DNA from: Candidatus Dadabacteria bacterium UBA1144
Lineage (GTDB): Bacteria > Desulfobacterota_D > UBA1144
DNA: 64,000 nt
Reading direction: 5' to 3'
Assembly: GCA_002311855.1 (NCBI GenBank)
Contig: DCAB01000012.1
Location: 388,112-452,111, forward strand
Shown here: piece by piece, positions 42,902 through 53,032 of the stretch
How the letters are laid out: the number at the start of each line of letters is the position of its first letter
Position numbering within the stretch: the first letter of the stretch is position 1
The notes under the pieces: generated by a model
Databases searched by the model: none
The model's input: only the letters and a program-made list of their open reading frames with translations
Told to the model about the DNA's origin: nothing
Made by a program: the position numbers and the translations under genes

Positions 42902-44146
42902 ATGGTAACTTATAGAAACAAAGAACTTTTTGTCGAGAATGTTAGTTTTAAAACTTTAGCTAGCACATATGGAACTCCTTGCTATATATATAGTAAAAAA
43001 TATTTAGTAGAACAATTTAGTGATTATAAAAATGCCTTTAAAGGTTATCCCCAAACTATCATTTGCTATTCGGTAAAAGCTAATTCTAATTTATCGATTT
43101 TAAAAGTATTCAAAGAAATGGGTTCGGGTTTTGATATTGTGTCAGGGGGAGAATTGGAAAGAGTTATCGCGATTGGAGCCAATCCAAAAAAAGTAGTTTT
43201 CTCTGGAGTAGCTAAATCAAACGAAGAAGTAAAAAAGGCCATTGAATTTGGAATTCTATTTTTTAATGTCGAATCTTTTGATGAACTCGAGGTAATTAAT
43301 AAAATTGCAAAGAAAACTAGACATGTCGCTGAAATATCTATAAGAGTTAATCCTGACATAAATCCTAAAACTCATCCCTATATTTCTACTGGTTTGAAAT
43401 CAAGCAAATTTGGAATACCAATTAGGCAATCTTTTGAAATTTACAGAGAAGCAAAGAAGATGAAAAATATAAAACTAATCGGTATCGATGCACATATAGG
43501 CTCACAAATTTTGGATCTTGATCCTTTTGAGGACTCTTTAGAAAGATTGGAGAATCTATATTTCAAACTTAAAGATGAAAATATAAATATAGATTTTATT
43601 GACATAGGCGGAGGTCTAGGAATTAAATATAAGGACGAAGATCGCCCGCCGTCCAAAAAAAAATTTGCTCAGAAAATTATTAAAAGAATGAAAAGAATTA
43701 ATTGCAAATTGCTACTTGAGCCTGGTAGGTCTCTTGTTGGAAATTCTGGCTATCTTCTTACAGCGGTTGTGTACAAAAAAAATAATTACAAAAAAAACTT
43801 CTTGATAATTGATGCTGGTATGAACGATTTGTTAAGGCCTGCACTTTATGGATCATATCATAAAATTAGTAAAGTTATTCGATCCCACAAGGATGAAAAA
43901 ATTTACGATGTTGTTGGCCCAATCTGTGAGACGGGAGATGTAATAGCAAAGAATTTATCTATGAATGATGTGAAATTAGGAGACATTTTAGTTATACATT
44001 CTGCTGGTGCTTATGGGGCTACTATGTCATCAAATTACAATACAAGACCCAAAATTCCAGAAATCCTTGTCTCCGGAAACAAAACATTTTTAATAAGAAA
44101 AAAAGAGACCATATCTCAAATTTTAGAAAATGAGGTAATTATATAA
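42902..44146 (+). CDS. lysA: Diaminopimelate decarboxylase
   Basis: 414 aa fold-III PLP decarboxylase with a LysA-like N-terminus (TPCYIYS...CYSVKAN) and EPGR motif. Confidence 0.85.
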   Translation: MVTYRNKELFVENVSFKTLASTYGTPCYIYSKKYLVEQFSDYKNAFKGYPQTIICYSVKANSNLSILKVFKEMGSGFDIVSGGELERVIAIGANPKKVVFSGVAKSNEEVKKAIEFGILFFNVESFDELEVINKIAKKTRHVAEISIRVNPDINPKTHPYISTGLKSSKFGIPIRQSFEIYREAKKMKNIKLIGIDAHIGSQILDLDPFEDSLERLENLYFKLKDENINIDFIDIGGGLGIKYKDEDRPPSKKKFAQKIIKRMKRINCKLLLEPGRSLVGNSGYLLTAVVYKKNNYKKNFLIIDAGMNDLLRPALYGSYHKISKVIRSHKDEKIYDVVGPICETGDVIAKNLSMNDVKLGDILVIHSAGAYGATMSSNYNTRPKIPEILVSGNKTFLIRKKETISQILENEVII

Positions 44147-44147
44147 T

Positions 44148-44762
44148 ATGAATGATTCATTAATAATCTCAATTTTTGATAAAGGGGGGTTTTTTGTATA
44201 TCCAATATTATTATGTTCAATAATTGCCCTATCAATTTTTCTTAAAAGACTATATTTAACTAGAAGAAAAAATATATTTACCCTCGGTTTTTTGGGAAAA
44301 TTAGAAAATTATATTTCTGAGGGTAATTTTGATAGTTGTATTGTTTTTTGTCAAAAAGATGGATCAGTTTTTTCAAAAATAGTTGTCACTGCGTTACTTA
44401 ATAGAAGTAAGCCGACCAATGAATTAGAGAAAATAATTGAGGATGAAGGTGTAAGGCAAATATTTGATCTTTCAAAATCTAACGAAATACTAGGATCTCT
44501 AAGTAACATTAGCACGCTCCTTGGTTTATTGGGAACAATATCCGGAATGATTACAGTTTTTCAAGTGATAGCTACCCAACCTGTAGTTGACCCTCCTAGT
44601 TTAGCGGGAGGTATATCCGAAGCATTGTACACTACTGCATTTGGCTTGCTTGTGGCTATCCCAACTTTTATTGGGTACAAATTTTTGGCAGAAAGAATTA
44701 ATGAAATCGCTATGATGCTCCAAGCTGAATCTATGAAATTATTATCAAGGATAAAAAATTAA
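44148..44762 (+). CDS. exbB: MotA/TolQ/ExbB proton-channel protein
   Basis: 204 aa, 3 TM, conserved C-terminal TM pair (LGLLGTISGMI ... TTAFGLLVAIP). Confidence 0.8.
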   Translation: MNDSLIISIFDKGGFFVYPILLCSIIALSIFLKRLYLTRRKNIFTLGFLGKLENYISEGNFDSCIVFCQKDGSVFSKIVVTALLNRSKPTNELEKIIEDEGVRQIFDLSKSNEILGSLSNISTLLGLLGTISGMITVFQVIATQPVVDPPSLAGGISEALYTTAFGLLVAIPTFIGYKFLAERINEIAMMLQAESMKLLSRIKN

Positions 44763-44766
44763 TTCT

Positions 44767-45165
44767 ATGAATTTTACTAAAAATATTCAAGATAATAAAT
44801 TAAACCTAGACCTTACACCAATAATAGATGTCGTATTTAATCTTTTGATTTTTTTTGCGTTGTCTTTGAACTTTAGTGAAATTACTTCGAGTTTGAATAT
44901 CAAGTTGCCAAAGGCGAAGTCTTCTGAAGTAATAACTGATCAACAAATTGTCATCAGCATAGAAAAGGGCAATAAAATCTCAATCAACGATAAAGCAGTT
45001 TTTCTGGATCAAATTCCAACATATTTGTCAAACGAGAACCAAAATAAGGTAGTTGTTATCAAAGCTGACACAACTATAGATCACGGATTTGTCGTACAAA
45101 TTATGGATATAATTAAACAATCAGGGTTCAAAAAACTAGGAATAGCAACCAAGAAAGTAGAATAA
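44767..45165 (+). CDS. exbD: ExbD/TolR biopolymer transport protein
   Basis: 132 aa, single N-terminal TM plus periplasmic domain (LTPIIDVVFNLLIFF). Confidence 0.8.
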   Translation: MNFTKNIQDNKLNLDLTPIIDVVFNLLIFFALSLNFSEITSSLNIKLPKAKSSEVITDQQIVISIEKGNKISINDKAVFLDQIPTYLSNENQNKVVVIKADTTIDHGFVVQIMDIIKQSGFKKLGIATKKVE

Positions 45166-45205
45166 GAAATTTTCTATGAACAATACAAAATTTTAAAAAA
45201 TAAAA

Positions 45206-46102
45206 ATGAAAAAGAATTCAAATATGCTTTTGGGTTATTCATTGGTAATTGGAACAGCGTTCTTTACGGCTTTTTCATATATTTTTGGAACAATGGTGTC
45301 ACTTGATTTGTACCCTGAGACAATTGCATTTTATTGGTTTTTCGGAGCCTTTTTGGTTGCTCTTGTCAAAAGATGGATATTCTCGATTTTTGACACTAAA
45401 TATAAGATTTCTATATCCGACTTAAGAAAATATTCCCTAGTAATGGGGATATCGTCGGTAGCTACAATTTTTGGTATGGTTTTCTGGGTAATAGCTTTGC
45501 GGGAAATAGGCCCACCGATGACTTCTTTTCTAATGAAGTTTCAAGTTGTATTCTCCGTAATATTAGGATTCTTATTTTTAAATGAAAAACTAAGAAAGCT
45601 AGAAATTTTTGGTATTTTTCTAACCCTTATAGGAGGACTTGTAATCACTTATGATATTTCTCATTTTGAACTTAAGGGTGGATTGTTCGCAATATTCGCT
45701 GCTTTTTCTTATTCTTGTCTTTTTCTAATAGTGAGAAAACTGGGTTCAAAATTAAATATGATGATAGTTGCTACATTAAGATCATTAGGAGTTGCTATTC
45801 TTGCCGTGGCTTATCTACTCTTTACAAATAAATTCCAATTTCCGTCCGGTTTAGATCTCGCATATATGTTTATTGGGGGAACATTTGGGGCATATATAGG
45901 TAAAGCTTTCCAATTTCAGGCGATTAAGCTTGTTGATATCTCTAGAACAACAGCGATTACTCCGCTTGAAGCGGTTTTTGTAATTGGTCTAACTTTTGTA
46001 TTTTTTGATACGATTCCAAGTAGTATTAAATTAACTGGCGGTGCTCTAATAATTTTGGGAGTGCTTTTTCTCTTAATCTTTAGAAATGAAAATGTAGGCT
46101 AA
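45206..46102 (+). CDS. EamA/DMT-family transporter
   Basis: 298 aa, 10 TM in two EamA repeats. Confidence 0.7.
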   Translation: MKKNSNMLLGYSLVIGTAFFTAFSYIFGTMVSLDLYPETIAFYWFFGAFLVALVKRWIFSIFDTKYKISISDLRKYSLVMGISSVATIFGMVFWVIALREIGPPMTSFLMKFQVVFSVILGFLFLNEKLRKLEIFGIFLTLIGGLVITYDISHFELKGGLFAIFAAFSYSCLFLIVRKLGSKLNMMIVATLRSLGVAILAVAYLLFTNKFQFPSGLDLAYMFIGGTFGAYIGKAFQFQAIKLVDISRTTAITPLEAVFVIGLTFVFFDTIPSSIKLTGGALIILGVLFLLIFRNENVG

Positions 46103-47205
46103 AAAATATTAGTTTTTAATTTATTTTTTGTTTTGTGTCTCTTTGTTGCTAATTGAATGAGATTGTCAATTAGTTTTTTATACTTAATTCCACTATGTTC
46201 TAATAGTTTTGGATACATACTGATTGAGGTAAAACCAGGAATAGTATTGATTTCGCTCATAAAAAGCTTTGGACTTTTGATGTTTTTTGTTTTTCCATAT
46301 AAAAAATCAATCCTAGCCATCCCTTCGCAGCCTATAATCTTGTAGGCTTCTATCGCATTTTTTTCTATTTCTTTTTTAAGGGACTTGTTTTTTTGGGATT
46401 TGTCAAAAGGTATTTCAAATTGTGATTTTCCATCAATATATTTTGCATTATAATCATAGAATTCAGAAGATGGAATTATTGAACCAGGACTCGATACGAT
46501 ACAATTTTCATTGCCTAGCACGCCTACTTCTATCTCATATGGATTTATAACGGCTTCCTCGACAAGTATTTTGCTAGAAAATCTAAAACTTTCTTTGATT
46601 TTTAAAACTAGCTCTTTCTTTGTCTTTACTTTATAGATTCCAACGCTTGATCCAAGATCTGCTGCTTTAACAAAACAAGGAAGTTTGATTTTTTTTAATG
46701 AATTTCTTACAATTTCTGCTTGATTCATTTTCCATTCGTACTTTTTAATCTGAATGAATGAAGGAGTTCTTATATTAATATTCTCTAGAATTCTTTTGGT
46801 TACGATTTTGTCCATACAAATTGCCGAACTACCTACGTCACTCCCCACATAAGGTTTGTTGATTATTTGTAACAAACCTTGAATAGATCCATCTTCTCCG
46901 CCTGTACCATGAACAATTGGGAAATAAACATCGATATCTACATTCTTAATAATTTTATTATTTTTTATTATTGATAAATCTTTACTTTTACCGAGTGGAA
47001 AAACAATTCTATTTTTTGTCGGCTTAAATTCTAGCTTGCTTTTTTTTGTAATGATTTTTGACTCTCTGAATGAGCCTTTTTTTTCTATGTATATACCAAT
47101 TATTGTATATTTCTTTTTATCTATATTGTTCAATATTGAATTAGCTGAAATTATCGATATTTCATGCTCTACCGATTTTCCACCATATATAAGACATACT
47201 CTCAT
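46099..47205 (-). CDS. ddl: D-alanine--D-alanine ligase
   Basis: 368 aa ATP-grasp. N-terminus MRVCLIYGGKSVEHEISI typical of Ddl. Confidence 0.9.
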   Translation of the reverse strand: MRVCLIYGGKSVEHEISIISANSILNNIDKKKYTIIGIYIEKKGSFRESKIITKKSKLEFKPTKNRIVFPLGKSKDLSIIKNNKIIKNVDIDVYFPIVHGTGGEDGSIQGLLQIINKPYVGSDVGSSAICMDKIVTKRILENINIRTPSFIQIKKYEWKMNQAEIVRNSLKKIKLPCFVKAADLGSSVGIYKVKTKKELVLKIKESFRFSSKILVEEAVINPYEIEVGVLGNENCIVSSPGSIIPSSEFYDYNAKYIDGKSQFEIPFDKSQKNKSLKKEIEKNAIEAYKIIGCEGMARIDFLYGKTKNIKSPKLFMSEINTIPGFTSISMYPKLLEHSGIKYKKLIDNLIQLATKRHKTKNKLKTNIF

Positions 47206-47341
47206 CAGTGATATTAAATCAATAATACTCTTAAATTAATTAATTGTTTATTATTCTTCATAATTTGGTAAAATAAAAATATCGATTTTTTTAATATCTT
47301 TGTCAATAATTTATAAGATATGCATAAGGGGGAAAAGTCAA

Positions 47342-48523
47342 ATGTCTACCAAAGTAGTTATAAGTGAGCCTTTGCGTACAGCGATTGGAACTTTTGGAGG
47401 TACTCTCCAAGACGTTCCCGCAGTAGATTTAGGAATTACCGTTGTTAAGGAAATTTTAGAAAGAAATGAGATTGACCCAACTCAGGTTGACGAATGCATA
47501 ATGGGGAACATATTGGGGGCAGGCCAAGGGCAAAACCCCGCTAGGCAGGTTGCTTTAGGAGCTGGTCTTGACTATGACACGCCATCTTATACTTTAAATC
47601 GTGTTTGTGCTTCGGGTGTTCAATCTGTTGCAAATGCTACTCAAGCAATTAAAGCCGGAGATTCAGATTTGGTTATTGCTGGTGGTATAGAAAATATGAA
47701 CCTAGCCCCATTCCTCTTACCTAAGGCAAGATATGGGTACAAAATGGCTATAAATGCTAAAGATGAGATTCTGGATGGAATGGTACATGATGGACTTTGG
47801 GATATTTTTAATGATTACCATATGGGTATCACCGCAGAGAATCTTGCAGAAAAATATAAGATTACCAGGGAGCAACAAGATCAGTTTGCAATTGAAAGTC
47901 AAGGTAAAGCAAAAAAAGCAATAAGAGGCGGAGTATTCAAAAAAGAAATCGTACCCGTTCCATTGAAAAAAGGTGTCTTTGATATAGATGAACATCCTAG
48001 AGAAGTATCAATGGCTGCATTAAGCAGGCTCAGACCAGTTTTTATTCCTGACGGTACGGTAACTGCCGGCAATGCATCGGGTATTAATGATGGAGCAGCT
48101 GCTATGCTGGTTTCATCAGAGTCAAAGGCAACGGAATTAGGTCTTAATCCAATTGGTGAAGTCATTTCTCTTGCAGTTGCGGGCGTTGACCCGGCTATCA
48201 TGGGGATTGCTCCTGTCGCGGCGATGAACAAGGCACTTGCTAAAGCTGGATTGACAATTGATGATATTGATTTAATTGAATTAAATGAAGCTTTTGCCGC
48301 ACAATCATTGGCCGTTTTAAGTGATTTTCCGATTCCTGCAGAAAAGTTAAATGTAAATGGAGGAGCCGTTGCTCTTGGTCATCCAATTGGTGCATCTGGA
48401 ACAATTTTGATTGTTAAACTTTTACATGAGATGCAAAGAAGACAAGTCAAAAGAGGATTGGTTTCTTTATGTGTTGGAGGCGGACAAGGTATTGCTATGG
48501 TTTTAGAAAATCCAAATGCTTAA
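47342..48523 (+). CDS. Acetyl-CoA C-acetyltransferase (thiolase II)
   Basis: Tracked from TTG 47300. The ATG at 47342 follows an AAGGGGGAAAAG SD and gives MSTKVVISEPLRTAIGTFGG. Active-site regions NRVCASG and CVGGGQG present. Confidence 0.9.
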   Translation: MSTKVVISEPLRTAIGTFGGTLQDVPAVDLGITVVKEILERNEIDPTQVDECIMGNILGAGQGQNPARQVALGAGLDYDTPSYTLNRVCASGVQSVANATQAIKAGDSDLVIAGGIENMNLAPFLLPKARYGYKMAINAKDEILDGMVHDGLWDIFNDYHMGITAENLAEKYKITREQQDQFAIESQGKAKKAIRGGVFKKEIVPVPLKKGVFDIDEHPREVSMAALSRLRPVFIPDGTVTAGNASGINDGAAAMLVSSESKATELGLNPIGEVISLAVAGVDPAIMGIAPVAAMNKALAKAGLTIDDIDLIELNEAFAAQSLAVLSDFPIPAEKLNVNGGAVALGHPIGASGTILIVKLLHEMQRRQVKRGLVSLCVGGGQGIAMVLENPNA

Positions 48524-48536
48524 CCTTTAAGACAAA

Positions 48537-48758
48537 ATGTCGGATGATAGAAAAACTCAAAGTACGGATGTATTTAGTTCTCAACTTAATATTGAAACGA
48601 AAAAATTCTTTTTCGATTTGAAAGAGAATCGTAAGGGTCAATATTTAAGGATTACCGAGGTAAGTGGTGGTAGATCAAGCATAGTTATTCCGGTGAATGG
48701 TTTGAAAGATTTTCAAGATCAAGTACAAGGAATAATTGATAAGGCCTCGAAAAAATAA
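48537..48758 (+). CDS. PUR-alpha-like nucleic-acid-binding protein (DUF3276 family)
   Basis: 73 aa. KKFFFDLKENRKGQYLRITE matches the PUR repeat of the bacterial DUF3276 family. Confidence 0.55.
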   Translation: MSDDRKTQSTDVFSSQLNIETKKFFFDLKENRKGQYLRITEVSGGRSSIVIPVNGLKDFQDQVQGIIDKASKK

Positions 48759-48759
48759 C

Positions 48760-49662
48760 TCATATTTGTAGGCTTTCTATACTTTTGATCTGATATTTGT
48801 TCTTTACAATCCTTGCCTTGTTATTAGACAAAAATACTTCATTTTTGTCAACGTTTTCACGGTGATTCAAAAACCCCAATGCAAAAGTTATATTATCTTT
48901 TGGTAGATATACCTTGCTTGAAATATGACCTATGTCTTCATCTTTATTATTTTTAATAACTTGATTAATTTGCACATTACTTTTTGTTTTCATGCAAGCA
49001 AGCGTTCTTTTTACTTGACCTCTATATCTTATTCGTGCAATTATTTCCTGACCGATATAGCAACCTTTGGTAAAACTAATAGCTGACCACATATTTGCTT
49101 CGATGGGTATAACGCCGGAATGAATTTCGTAGGGGTAGCTAGGAATTCCGTTAATTATTTTCCATTGTACATATAGCTCCTCGTCCATTATTTCTTCTTC
49201 TAGTGCTTTTTCGTGACCTCTTTCGATAAATATAATTTTAAAGTTTTCTTCTAAAGAAATTGGAGAATTAAAACTAAGTAGATTGTCCAAATCGCATCCT
49301 TTTGCTTTTAATATTTTGTAATCTTTTGACAAATTATTTATTTTGACGTCAAAAGACATTCTATATTTTGTAAGATATTCAATTAAAGAATCAATTTGAT
49401 TGGAATTGGTTTGTATATAAATGGAATTGCCGTTGATTTTAAATATACAAATATCAAACAAAATTTTACCTTTATTGGTCAGGATTAGATTATGTATAGA
49501 GGCACCTTCTGATAGGTTTGTGACTTCATTGGAAGAGATTCCGTTTAAAAATTTGATATGATCCTTACCAGATAATCTTATCAAAGATTGACTCTTCAGT
49601 TCGAATATGAAATTTTCTTCTTCTAAGAAATCCATTAATTCGGCGGATGAAAATTCTCTCAT
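48760..49662 (-). CDS. ygfZ: Folate-binding YgfZ/CAF17-family protein (Fe-S cluster repair / tRNA modification)
   Basis: 300 aa. KGCYIGQE signature of the YgfZ subgroup of the aminomethyltransferase fold. Confidence 0.75.
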   Translation of the reverse strand: MREFSSAELMDFLEEENFIFELKSQSLIRLSGKDHIKFLNGISSNEVTNLSEGASIHNLILTNKGKILFDICIFKINGNSIYIQTNSNQIDSLIEYLTKYRMSFDVKINNLSKDYKILKAKGCDLDNLLSFNSPISLEENFKIIFIERGHEKALEEEIMDEELYVQWKIINGIPSYPYEIHSGVIPIEANMWSAISFTKGCYIGQEIIARIRYRGQVKRTLACMKTKSNVQINQVIKNNKDEDIGHISSKVYLPKDNITFALGFLNHRENVDKNEVFLSNNKARIVKNKYQIKSIESLQI

Positions 49663-49759
49663 TTATTCTCCAGTCTTGATTTTTTTTCTAAGATTTATAA
49701 AATAAGATACATAATATTTACCTACTTTGGAATTTTTTGTTTATTATAATAAGGTTAAT

Positions 49760-50698
49760 ATGGATTTTGAATTAGAAAATAAAGTCGTAATCATTGGTTC
49801 AGGAGCTGCTGGGTTGACAGCCGCTATTTATGCGGCTAGAGCCAATCTTGAGCCCTTAGTTTTTGAGGGATTCCAGGCAGGTGGTCAATTAACTATGACT
49901 ACTGATGTTGAGAATTATCCAGGTTTCCCCAATGGTGTAATGGGTCCAAACTTAATGGACTTACTTAGAGAGCAAGCCCAAAGATTTGGAGCTAACTGTA
50001 TTGCAGCTCAAGTTGAGAAAGTAGATTTTGATTTATACCCATATTGTTTAATGGTTAACGAGAAACAAATATATGCTGATTCTATAATCATCGCAACTGG
50101 GGCAACTGCAAAATTGTTAGATGTACCTGGAGAATCCAACTTGATTGGCAGAGGAGTTTCGACATGTGCAACTTGCGACGGATTTTTTTATAAAGATAAA
50201 AAAATTCATGTAATTGGTGGTGGTGATAGTGCCATGGAAGAAGCGAATTTTCTCACTAAATTTGCTAAACAAGTTACGATTGTGCACAGAAGAGATCGGC
50301 TCCGAGCATCAAAAATAATGCAAGATAGGGCGAAATCAAATCCTAAAATTAATTTTCTTTGGAATGCCGAATTACACGAAATAATTGGTACTCAAAAAGA
50401 TGGTACAAACTCTTTTTTCTATAAAGATGTAAAAACAAATAAAATTACGAAAGTCGAGACGGAGGGAATCTTCATTGCTATTGGACATAATCCAAACACA
50501 GAACTGTTCCTCAATAAAATCGATATGGATGATAGTGGTTATATTCTTACTGAAGGAAAATCCTCCAAAACAAACTTGAAAGGGATTTTTGCAGCCGGAG
50601 ATGTTCAAGACGATGTATATCGTCAAGCTATTACCGCAGCTGGGAGTGGCTGTATGGCAGCAATAGATGCTGAGCGCTTTTTAGAAGAGGAGAAATAA
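49760..50698 (+). CDS. trxB: Thioredoxin-disulfide reductase
   Basis: Tracked from 49727; MDFELENKVVIIGSGAAG at 49760 is the likelier start. FAD motif GSGAAG, redox CATCDG, NADPH motif GGGDSA. Confidence 0.9.
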   Translation: MDFELENKVVIIGSGAAGLTAAIYAARANLEPLVFEGFQAGGQLTMTTDVENYPGFPNGVMGPNLMDLLREQAQRFGANCIAAQVEKVDFDLYPYCLMVNEKQIYADSIIIATGATAKLLDVPGESNLIGRGVSTCATCDGFFYKDKKIHVIGGGDSAMEEANFLTKFAKQVTIVHRRDRLRASKIMQDRAKSNPKINFLWNAELHEIIGTQKDGTNSFFYKDVKTNKITKVETEGIFIAIGHNPNTELFLNKIDMDDSGYILTEGKSSKTNLKGIFAAGDVQDDVYRQAITAAGSGCMAAIDAERFLEEEK

Positions 50699-50707
50699 GA
50701 CTTATTT

Positions 50708-51730
50708 ATGAATTATAGATCTTTTCCTAGAAATGATGATATCAAAGTATCAGAGGTTGGATTTGGTGTGTGGTCTGTCGCTACTAAATGGTGGGGAGTA
50801 GATGACGAAAAACTCGGGATCTCTTTACTGCAGCATGCTTTTAGTGAAGGAGTGAATTTTTTTGATACTGCAGATGTTTATGGAGAAGGATATGGAGAAG
50901 AAATATTAGCCAAAGCCTTTCCTAGATCAAGAGACAAGAGAATCTATGCAACTAAATTTGGATATGACATCTATGCAAATCCAGGTGAAAGAAAAGGTCA
51001 TTCCGAACTCCCACAAAAATTTTCTGCCGATAAAATCAAATATTCATGTGAGCAAAGCCTAAAAAGATTAAAGACCGATTATATTGATATATATCAAATG
51101 CATAATCCAAGACTAGACTTCATAAATAATCAAGAAGTACTAGAAACACTTCATGGATTAATTAAAGAAGGCAAAATAAGATCTTTTGCTATGGCTCTGG
51201 GGCCTGATATTGGCTGGCTTGAGGAAGGACTTCAAGCAATGAACCATAATCCTATCGCGTTGCAAATAATTTACAATCTTCTTGAACAAGAGCCTTCCAG
51301 GTCTCTTTTTAAGAAATCTGAAGAGACAAAAACCGGTCTAATATCAAGAGTACCCCACGCATCTGGAATAATGGATGGAACTTTCACGAACGAAAAAATT
51401 TATTCAAAAGATGATCATAGAAGTCACAGAAAACAACTGTGGATGGAAGCGGGACTTAAAGTGAAAAAGGATTTTGAGTTTTTGTACAAAGATACTGGAA
51501 CAACAATCAGTCAAGCCGCGATTCTCTTTCCATTATCTGTGTCAAACATATGTACCGTATTGCCGAATTTCACAACACATGAAGAAGTAGATGAATTTAC
51601 TAAAGTATCAGAACTTACTCCTTTCTCTAGGGAGGAAATCGACCAAATTGAATATTTATGGAAAAATTCTCATTCGAAGATTCTTGACCAACCATTTTCC
51701 AACAGTTTAACAAAACCTACCCCTTTATAA
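50708..51730 (+). CDS. Aldo/keto reductase
   Basis: 340 aa AKR fold (GFGVWSV...DTADVYG). Confidence 0.8.
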   Translation: MNYRSFPRNDDIKVSEVGFGVWSVATKWWGVDDEKLGISLLQHAFSEGVNFFDTADVYGEGYGEEILAKAFPRSRDKRIYATKFGYDIYANPGERKGHSELPQKFSADKIKYSCEQSLKRLKTDYIDIYQMHNPRLDFINNQEVLETLHGLIKEGKIRSFAMALGPDIGWLEEGLQAMNHNPIALQIIYNLLEQEPSRSLFKKSEETKTGLISRVPHASGIMDGTFTNEKIYSKDDHRSHRKQLWMEAGLKVKKDFEFLYKDTGTTISQAAILFPLSVSNICTVLPNFTTHEEVDEFTKVSELTPFSREEIDQIEYLWKNSHSKILDQPFSNSLTKPTPL

Positions 51731-53032
51731 ATCTTGGGAAGTTTTCTCTTTAATTGCCCTTCTATAAAAGTAGGTTCCTATAAGTAAAGTACATAAATTT
51801 CTTACGACTAGGGAAATAGCGGCACCATCGTGTTTTAAGATATCTACTAGAGAGAACAACGAAAAACAATAAATAACTGTTGTTGCAGCAGTAATAAAAG
51901 TCAAATATTTTGCTTTTCCAAGTGCAAGCATTGATGGATTAACCCAATAAGAAGCATTATGGATTATCATAGCTAAAATAAGAATTATTAAAGCAGTTTC
52001 TGCGGCAACAAATTGCTCTCCAAAAAAAACGAAAAGTATTTCATAGGAAAAAATATAAATTATAATTCCAATGACCAACGATGAGATTAGAATCATCCTC
52101 AGTGATTCTAATATTAATCTCTTATAGTTATTAAAATCTTTTTCGGCATTCAATCTAACAAATTCTGGAAATATTATCTCAAGTGCTGGATCCATTATCC
52201 TTCTTATTATTTTTACTATTGCCCTTGCAGCCCTATATAATCCGGCATAAATGGGCCCGACAAAATAACCAACGATTACTACACCTAAGTTTTTATCATT
52301 GGCTAAATTTAAGATGTTTGAAAAATGTGCATTGAGCATGAATTTGATATAATCTTTTCTCTCGTTTTTATTGAGTAAATTATGAATCTTAAAGTTTATT
52401 CTTTCTTTTGCTAATATATTTTGTAGATATATACACCTAAGAGACATTCCTACTAAGCTCGATAAAACAAACGATAGAAGTAGAAATTTAATGCTAAAAA
52501 TTGTATAAAGACAAATTAGGATTAAAAATAATCTAAAGAAATTAGTACTGACATTTATTTTAAATATAGAATTGTATTGATTATAAGTTCTTAATATTCC
52601 ATCTATGGTTTCAGTAGTTGATGTGAACAATACTGAAAATGAATATATAACCAATAAAATAATTACATCTTTTTCAAAATTAAAAAATTGGTCTACAAGA
52701 AAATATAAAAGAAAGATAATTAAACTAAAAGATAATAGAGACGAGAGGGAAGACAAGATAATCGAAAAAGATAAGTACCTAGAAACACGATCTTTGTTTT
52801 GAATATTTTCTCCGATAAATTTTACACTTGTATCCCATATTCTGAAACTAAATACTATATTTAAGATTTCTATACTAGAAACAATGATTGAAAAAACACC
52901 AAATTCTTTTACTCCGAGGAATCTTCCTATTATTAAAAGAGTTAGTACGGATGCTAAACCACCTATAATTTTTGTGAATGCAAGAACTTTGTAGTTTCTT
53001 AGTATTCTTTTTTTTATCTCTTCAAATTTCAT
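51725..53032 (-). CDS. MOP-superfamily polysaccharide/oligosaccharide flippase (Wzx-like)
   Basis: 435 aa, about 12 TM, typical Wzx/PST architecture. Confidence 0.65.
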   Translation of the reverse strand: MKFEEIKKRILRNYKVLAFTKIIGGLASVLTLLIIGRFLGVKEFGVFSIIVSSIEILNIVFSFRIWDTSVKFIGENIQNKDRVSRYLSFSIILSSLSSLLSFSLIIFLLYFLVDQFFNFEKDVIILLVIYSFSVLFTSTTETIDGILRTYNQYNSIFKINVSTNFFRLFLILICLYTIFSIKFLLLSFVLSSLVGMSLRCIYLQNILAKERINFKIHNLLNKNERKDYIKFMLNAHFSNILNLANDKNLGVVIVGYFVGPIYAGLYRAARAIVKIIRRIMDPALEIIFPEFVRLNAEKDFNNYKRLILESLRMILISSLVIGIIIYIFSYEILFVFFGEQFVAAETALIILILAMIIHNASYWVNPSMLALGKAKYLTFITAATTVIYCFSLFSLVDILKHDGAAISLVVRNLCTLLIGTYFYRRAIKEKTSQDL

